Assembly: GCA_964016885.1 (NCBI GenBank)
Contig: OZ024741.1
Location: forward strand, 237,646,001 to 237,710,000
From: Eledone cirrhosa
Taxonomy: Eukaryota
Length of the DNA: 64,000 nucleotides
Direction: 5' to 3'
Shown here: piece by piece, positions 56,141 to 64,000 of the stretch
How positions within the stretch are numbered: the stretch's first letter is position 1
Layout: the number at the start of each line of letters is the position of its first letter
Notes under the pieces: generated by a model
The model's input: only the letters and a program-made list of their open reading frames with translations
What the model was told of the DNA's origin: nothing
Databases searched by the model: none
Program-made: the position numbers and the translations under genes

Positions 56141-58597
56141 TCATCATCATCATCATCATCACCGTTTTACGTCCGTTCTTCCACGCTAGCATGGGTTAGA
56201 CGGGTTGTCCTGTTGTGGGCAGTGTCTGGTCGGCTGACCATGCCTTGCTCATACAGGAACTGATCTGGCTTGATTTCTACAGCTGGATGCCCTTCCTAAC
56301 ACCAACCTCATTTACAGTGAGTGCTGGGTGCTTTTTCGTGGCGCCTACACGTCCACTTTACAGTGTGGGCTGGGTGCTTTTTTGCCGTGGCACCTCCACG
56401 ACCACCTTGCGGTGGGGGGGGGGGGGGCATATTGTTTATATGCTTCAGCATGTACCCATGGGAGGTCGGGTACCCTGTATTACTGCGTGACGCCAGAAGT
56501 CACGGTCGTGTGTCATTGACTTTGAGAGGTGTAGTTGGGTAAGGTCGGCTTTTATCACCTCATCCCAAGTCATCTTGGGTCTCCCCACTCCGCGGTTTCC
56601 ATCAACTTCTAGTGCTCTGCACCTTTTTATGCAGCTGTCGTGTGTCATTGACTTTGAGAGGTGTAGTTGGGTAAGGTCGGCTTTTATCACCTCATCCCAA
56701 GTCATCTTGGGTCTCCCCACTCCGCGGTTTCCATCAACTTCTAGTGCTCTGCACCTTTTTATGCAGCTGTCATCCTTCATACGCATCACATGTCCATACC
56801 AGCGTAACCGCCTCTCCTGCACGCAGCATTTGATTCCTCTTATGCTCAGTCTCTCTCTCAATTCATTTATGCTTTGTCGTTCACGTATATTACTGTTACA
56901 CATCCATCGGAGCATGCAGGCTTCGTTTCTCTCTAATCTACGTAAGTCTTCCACCTTCAGCGCCCAGGTCTCACTACCATGCAACATCGCTGTTCGGATA
57001 CACGCATCATACAGTCTGCCTTTCATTCTGAGGGAGAAGCCTTTTGCAGCTAGCAGTGGTAGTAGTTCCCTAAACTTCTTCCATCCCGTTCTTACCCTAG
57101 TTATTGTACTTTCTGAGCACCCACCTCCGTTGCTAATTCGGTCACCTAGGTAGCAGAAGCTGTCTACTGTTTCTACAGGGCCCTCCCAGAGATTGGTGGT
57201 ACTTGTTTCCTGTGGCTGTTTGCTTGCTGTTTCAGCACAGCTGCTGCATGTGAATCCTACATTCTTAATTAAGCTTCCTGAGATCCCACTACATCTCTTG
57301 TGTACCCATTGTTTGCATTTGGGGCAAAGAATGGAGTTCCTACCTACACCTTTCCTACATACTGAGCAAGGCCATTTCCCTGAGGGGATCTGGGTTCTGT
57401 TTTCTCGTCTACTTATAAGGACCTTAGTCTTTGTCATGTTGACTTTGAGGCCCTTTCTCTCTAGTCCCTGCTTCCAGGTTTGGAATTTATTCTCTAGTTC
57501 TACCATAGATTCAGCTATGAGTGCGAGGTCATCAGCATACAGGAGTTCCCATGGGCATCCGGTCTTAAACTCCTCCGTTATTGCCTGCAGGACTATGATG
57601 AACAGGAGAGGGCTAAGAACAGAGCCCTGGTGGACCCCAACCTGTACGCTAAATTCCTCGCTATACTCATTGCCAATCCTAACTTTGCTGACTGCTCCCC
57701 TATACATGGCTTGTACCGCTTTCACAAGCCATTCATCTACTCCTAGTTTTCTAAGAGCCCACCAGATTACTGCACGTGGAACTCTGTCAAAGGCTTTCTC
57801 AAGGTCGACAAATGCCAAGTAGAGTGGCTTACTTTTAGCTAGGTACTTTTCCTGTAATTGCCTCACAAGGAAGAGCGCATCAGTGGTGCCTTTCCCTGGT
57901 ACAAACCCAAATTGCATCTCGTCTATATTCACCCGGTCCCTAATCAGCTGTGCTATAACTCTTTCTGTTACTTTCATGACCTGGTCCATCAACTTTATAC
58001 CTCTATAGTTTCCTCTATCTAGTGCATCGCCTTTACCTTTGTAGCAGTTGACAATGGTGCTACTGCACCAATCTTTTGGTATGGCCCCCTCTAGTATTAC
58101 CTGGTTAACGATACGTGTGGTTATAGTGTGACCTACAGACCCAGATGCCTTCAGCATCTCGGCAGCTATACCCGATGGACCGGTTGCCTTCCCTATCTTC
58201 ATATCTCTGATTGCCTTACTTACTACGCTGCCGCTGACTTGTACTGCTGGTCCCTCTATAGGGTCTACGTGGGGTAGGGTCTCTTCTTCCCATGCATTCT
58301 CCTCATTTAGTAATCTATCATAATGACTCTTCCATGCATCTTTCTTCTCAGCACTTGTGAGGGCAAGCTCACCTTTATCATTCCGGATACACTTCTCTCC
58401 AATGACATCACAACTATCTCTGACACACTGCCTCGCAATCTTGAATACCTCCTGTTTCTGGTCCTCACGTTGTAAAACATGCTTGAATTTTCTATCCTCT
58501 GCTTCCCTCCTAGCTAAGTATACTTGTCGCCTAGCTTCCCTCTTGGTCTCTATGTAATGTACCCTGCTCCCCCCGTTCTTCCATTCTTTCCATGCCT
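56141..58597 (-). mobile_element. 5'-truncated RTE family B copy, near-identical to 35097-37410, with an in-frame 132-bp duplication
   Basis: Only a few substitutions seen versus the 34015 copy; duplication at 56505-56771. Confidence 0.95.
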
Positions 58598-60885
58598 CGA
58601 AAATTTATCGCTAATACAGCAGGGAAAATTTAACGCTAATACAGCAGGGAACATCATAATATTAACGACAATATGTAGGCTAAAATACCTTCGTAGATTA
58701 GATGGATGGCTGGCTGGGAAAATTGGAATCAGCAGCTCTAGTGATACATTTTAGCAGAGAAGAATGGGAAAGTGTCTTATCTCTTCAATATTTTCAGATT
58801 GAATGAATTAGGTTAAAGACAGGGTAGTAAGCCTTAAAGAAGTGCATAGAGAGGGGGGGGGGGTAGGAACTGAGGGTCGCATGGTAAATAACTGAGAGAG
58901 ATACAATAGGATTAGAATACCGCATGGTAAATATCCAAGTTAATAAGTTAATACTACATCAGTAAAATTAACAATAATAACGTCATGAAAAAAACTACTA
59001 AGAGAAACCCTCGAAAATTTATCGCTAATACAGCAGGGAAAATTTAACGCTAATACAGCAGGGAACATCATAATATTAACGACAATATGTAGGCTAAAAT
59101 ACCTTCGTAGATTAGATGGATGGCTGGCTGGGAAAATTGGAATCAGCAGCTCTAGTGATACATTTTAGCAGAGAAGAATGGGAAAGTGTCTTATCTCTTC
59201 AATATTTTCAGATTGAATGAATTAGGTTAAAGACAGGGTAGTAAGCCTTAAAGAAGTGCATAGAGAGGGGGGGGGGGGGGGGGTAGGAACTGAGGGTCGC
59301 ATGGTAAATAACTGAGAGAGATACAATAGGATTAGAATACCGCATGGTAAATATCCAAGTTAATAAGTTAATACTACATCAGTAAAATTAACAATAATAA
59401 CGTCATGAAAAAAACTACTAAGAGAAACCCTCGAAAATTTATCGCTAATACAGCAGGGAAAATTTAACGCTAATACAGCAGGGAACATCATAATATTAAC
59501 GACAATATGTAGGCTAAAATACCTTCGTAGATTAGATGGATGGCTGGCTGGGAAAATTGGAATCAGCAGCTCTAGTGATACATTTTAGCAGAGAAGAATG
59601 GGAAAGTGTCTTATCTCTTCAATATTTTCAGATTGAATGAATTAGGTTAAAGACAGGGTAGTAAGCCTTAAAGAAGTGCATAGAGAGGGGGGGGGGGGGG
59701 TAGGAACTGAGGGTCGCATGGTAAATAACTGAGAGAGATACAATAGGATTAGAATACCGCATGGTAAATATCCAAGTTAATAAGTTAATACTACATCAGT
59801 AAAATTAACAATAATAACGTCATGAAAAAAACTACTAAGAGAAACCCTCGAAAATTTATCGCTAATACAGCAGGGAAAATTTAACGCTAATACAGCAGGG
59901 AACATCATAATATTAACGACAATATGTAGGCTAAAATACCTTCGTAGATTAGATGGATGGCTGGCTGGGAAAATTGGAATCAGCAGCTCTAGTGATACAT
60001 TTTAGCAGAGAATAATGGGAAAGTGTCTTATCTCTTCAATATTTTCAGATTGAATGAATTAGGTTAAAGACAGGGTAGTAAGCCTTAAAGAAGTGCATAG
60101 AGAGGGGGGGGGGGTAGGAACTGAGGGTCGCATGGTAAATAACTGAGAGAGATACAATAGGATTAGAATACCGCATGGTAAATATCCAAGTTAATAAGTT
60201 AATACTACATCAGTAAAATTAACAATAATAACGTCATGAAAAAAACTACTAAGAGAAACCCTCGAAAATTTATCGCTAATACAGCAGGGAAAATTTAACG
60301 CTAATACAGCAGGGAACATCATAATATTAACGACAATATGTAGGCTAAAATACCTTCGTAGATTAGATGGATGGCTGGCTGGGAAAATTGGAATCAGCAG
60401 CTCTAGTGATACATTTTAGCAGAGAAGAATGGGAAAGTGTCTTATCTCTTCAATATTTTCAGATTGAATGAATTAGGTTAAAGACAGGGTAGTAAGCCTT
60501 AAAGAAGTGCATAGAGAGGGGGGGGGGGTAGGAACTGAGGGTCGCATGGTAAATAACTGAGAGAGATACAATAGGATTAGAATACCGCATGGTAAATATC
60601 CAAGTTAATAAGTTAATACTACATCAGTAAAATTAACAATAATAACGTCATGAAAAAAACTACTAAGAGAAACCCTCGAAAATTTATCGCTAATACAGCA
60701 GGGAAAATTTAACGCTAATACAGCAGGGAACATCATAATATTAACGACAATATGTAGGCTAAAATACCTTCGTAGATTAGATGGATGGATGGCTGGGAAA
60801 ATTGGAATCAGCAGCTCTAGTGATACATTTTAGCAGAGAAGAATGGGAAAGTGTCTTATCTCTTCAATATTTTCAGATTGAATGA
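58595..60885. repeat. Tandem array, ~414-420-bp unit x5.5, near-identical
   Basis: Units start at 58595, 59009, 59429, 59846, 60260 and 60674; they differ mainly in G-run length. Confidence 0.95.
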
Positions 60886-61094
60886 TTTTTAATATACATA
60901 TTGTCTGGGTTTTTTTTAATGAAATAACTTTTGATGTACTCTAAATGTACACTAAATTGTTTAAATGGAAATTGTGAACCAAAAAATGTTTTCCAAAGTA
61001 TATAAGTGATGCACAATTAAACCAGAAATTGTAACATTGAACCATAAAATAAACAAAAGAGAATAGCTGAACGATGGGGGCAGTAAACTGTAGT

Positions 61095-61140
<46 letters not shown>

Positions 61141-61149
61141 GTGTGTGTA

Positions 61150-61705
61150 AAATTGACAGTTCAAAGAAGCAATTAAGGAGATGAAGAATGGTAAAGCTGC
61201 TGGACCATCTGAGATAGTTGCTGAAAGTATCTGGGGAAGTAAGAGCTGAACTAGTCACCCGCATAATCAATCAGGTAATACAAGAGGAGGTCATACCCAA
61301 TGACTGGTGTAGCAATTTACTCATTAATTGGTACAAGGGAAAAGGTAATGTAGTACAAAAGGAGCAACTACAGGAGCATAAAACTAAAGACACTAAGTTA
61401 TGGAAAGAGTCAAATTAGATAAGATGCAGTTCGGTTTTGTGCCAGGGAGGAGTACTACGGATGTCTTCTTAGAGAGACAACTACAAGAGAAGTTTCTGTT
61501 GATTTAAAGAAGGACTTTGACAGAGTACCACTATCTGTCATTTGGTGGTTCTTAAGGAAACTAGTTATAGAAAAATGACTCATGAGAGCAATGCAAGCCA
61601 TGTACAGGAAGTGAGTTTAGTAAGGAATTCTAGGTACAAGTAGGAGTGCATCAGAGCTCAATCCTCAGCCCACTTCTGTTTATTATAGTCCTTCAGGCCA
61701 TATCT
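61150..61705 (+). mobile_element. Degenerate RTE RT fragment
   Basis: EAIKEMKNGKAAGPS, IPNDWCS, MQFGFVPG, GVHQSSILSPLLF. Confidence 0.85.
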
Positions 61706-62589
61706 CCTTTCCAGGTCTGAATACAGCGGATTTCTTTAAAAGAAGGATAGAGAGTGAGAGAATGGAAGTGAAAAAGAGTTATAGAGGAAGAATTAACCCC
61801 AGTATTTGATTGGTACTTTTTTATTGACCTTAAATGGATGAAAGGCAAAGTTAACTGCAGTGGGATTTGAACTCAGAGAAGAGAGCCGAAACAAATACTG
61901 CAAAGCACTCTAACCAAAATTCTAATGACTCTGCAAATTCGCTGCCTAAGGTTTATATGATAGAAGACAAATGTCCCAAGGTGCCACATGGTGAGACTGA
62001 ATTCCCCAAAAAGCCATGTCGTTGTGAAGTGAACTCCTTCATATACATATAGTAAATACATTTGTTATATTAAATCAACAACATATCTCCTCATTACTAC
62101 CAGCTGCAATATATAATGGATCCTCTGTCAGTTTTGACAATGAGCATTCAGTGTTGCTGGGTATTCGACTGATAATGTACTTTTAATGTAATTCTGAAGC
62201 TGAATCAGTGTGATATAATGTTTGATGAGGCCAGACTTTTGACCTACATGTACAATCCATCTGACTGGCTTCCATACAGTTTCCCTTTATTTAGTTTGAC
62301 TCACAAGGCCTCAGTCAATTCAAGATGCACAGTGAGATCAAACCTAGGACTTCATGATTGCCAAGCAAACTCCTTAATTACATGGCCCTGCCTGTGTCCA
62401 CAATATTCATCTATACACATATGTTGCATACATCTGTATAGAAACATATTCATATTGCTACATTTTTATTTTTACACCTATCTTGGAAACAGGTGTAATA
62501 GTATTATTTTAGGTAGGACTCAGAGGTAGGTGTAATAATAAAAATTTACATTAAAAATATGCGTAATCTATTTCTATTTTTCTGTGCAG

Positions 62590-63275
62590 GTGAGCGACCA
62601 TATACCTGTTTCACATGCAACAAATCATTTTCACAGAGGAGCCATCTGAACAACCACCATCGTACGCACACAGGAGAAAAAATCTACAGCTGTGACACAT
62701 GTCATAAATCCTTTGCCCAGAAGGCACATTTGACCATTCACCAAAGAACTCATTCTGGAGAGAAGCCGTTCATTTGTACAGTTTGTGGCAAAGGGTTTCC
62801 TCAGAAGGTGCACATGATAAAACACGAGCGAAGCCATAGTAGTGAGGACTTACAGCGAGCATCATTCCAGCAGTCAAACAATACAACTAACCCCCAGTGT
62901 CAGCACTCATCAATCATGTCTGCTTGTTCTTCGTCTAACTGCATGCTTCCTTGCCAGGCACCGTGCATGAGCTCACCATCTGTGGCGATTTGTCAGTGTC
63001 AGTGTTCACAGCTGTCCAATCAATCAATGTCCTCAAATCTATCGATGAATCCGGCTACCAGCCACGGTATGTGTCAGTGCGGCCCTCCGGAGAATGTGTC
63101 GTCTCGATCGCAGAAAAACACTTGCATGAACTCGAACATGGGTGGCAATATGTGTTCAGAACAAATACTGGATGACTGTCAGATGTGTACGAGAATGTAC
63201 TCCAAATGGAACACTAATGTCACTAACTGCTGTAATGGGAAGCAAATGAAGAACATGGACCATTCTCAGACTTAA
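62590..63275 (+). CDS. C2H2 ZNF gene 2, last coding exon (3 fingers and a Cys/Met/Ser-rich tail); spliced product 501 aa
   Basis: Acceptor tttttctgtgcAG|; splicing restores HTG-ERPYTC in frame; TAA at 63273-63275. Confidence 0.9.
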
Positions 63276-64000
63276 CCAATTTCTCTTATACATCACTCTT
63301 CTCTTACTTTGCATCTACATTTCACTGTATACACATGTGTGTTGTCTGTGAGGGCATTGAGACAGATTTCTACGTTGATATCCCATCAACAGGACATGTT
63401 GGACATATTCCTGAAATTGTTCTTGTAGTTGTTGTTGTTGGATGATAGCTGTATCACATTCTGCATGGAGGGAGGGTGGGGAGTCAGATACACCATCATC
63501 AATGATGTCACACAGAGGAAGTGGCGGTGGACTGTCCAATCCACACCATCATGATAACATTACCATTAAAGCTCATGATAATTCTGAGAATGATGATAGT
63601 AAAGAAGATAATGATAACAATAATGGTGGTGATGATAATAAAAAATAAACAGATGACAATGTAAACATTAGTAATTAGAAACAAAATTGTCTAATTTAAT
63701 AATTGTAACAAAAACTGATCAGGGAAAGTTTATAACTTGTTCACTGACATTTTCACTACACTGGATCTATTATAATTATTCTTTCTAACATTGGCGTAAG
63801 ACCAGCAATTCGGAGGGAGGGGAAAGTCGATTATATTGACGCCAGTACATAACTGGTACTTTATTTTAATAACGCCTGGAAGGATAAAAGGCAAAGTTGA
63901 CCTTGGTGGGATTTGAACTCACAATATAGAATGTTGTAAATAAATACTACAAAGCATTTTGTCTGATACTCTACAATTACTGCCAATTCAACACCCATGG

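Noticed and set aside
58595-60885. Array as a hammerhead retrozyme
   Set aside because: No CUGANGA core found on either strand of the unit
62559-62589. ORF-track start MRNLFLFFCA
   Set aside because: Intronic polypyrimidine tract; the exon begins at 62590
63442-63648. 68-aa ORF downstream of ZNF gene 2
   Set aside because: Low-complexity and short; most likely 3'UTR, though an alternative exon is not excluded

Overview
AT-rich animal genomic DNA, most consistent with a coleoid cephalopod (octopus-like). This is an inference from the SINE/RTE repertoire, extreme (TA)n content and KRAB-less C2H2 genes. There are two + strand host genes: a 17-finger C2H2 gene with a single-exon CDS (7463-9250) and a two-exon C2H2 gene (53113-53932 joined to 62590-63275). 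Almost everything else is mobile DNA. (1) RTE-clade LINEs of two families carry a PHD-type finger inside the RT region. One is essentially intact and nested in a Penelope element, and a near-identical truncated copy is fused to a 5.5x ~414-bp array. (2) There are three Penelope-like (GIY-YIG) elements, modular tRNA-SINEs, Helitron, hAT and pogo relics, and large mini/microsatellites. The main hidden signal, invisible in the ORF track, is a set of minimal type I hammerhead ribozymes with palindromic stem III. About seven are intact or near-intact and several more are degenerate. They sit in Penelope pseudo-LTRs and in short non-coding fold-back units embedded in (TA)n. All structures were read by eye, with no folding or database searches run.
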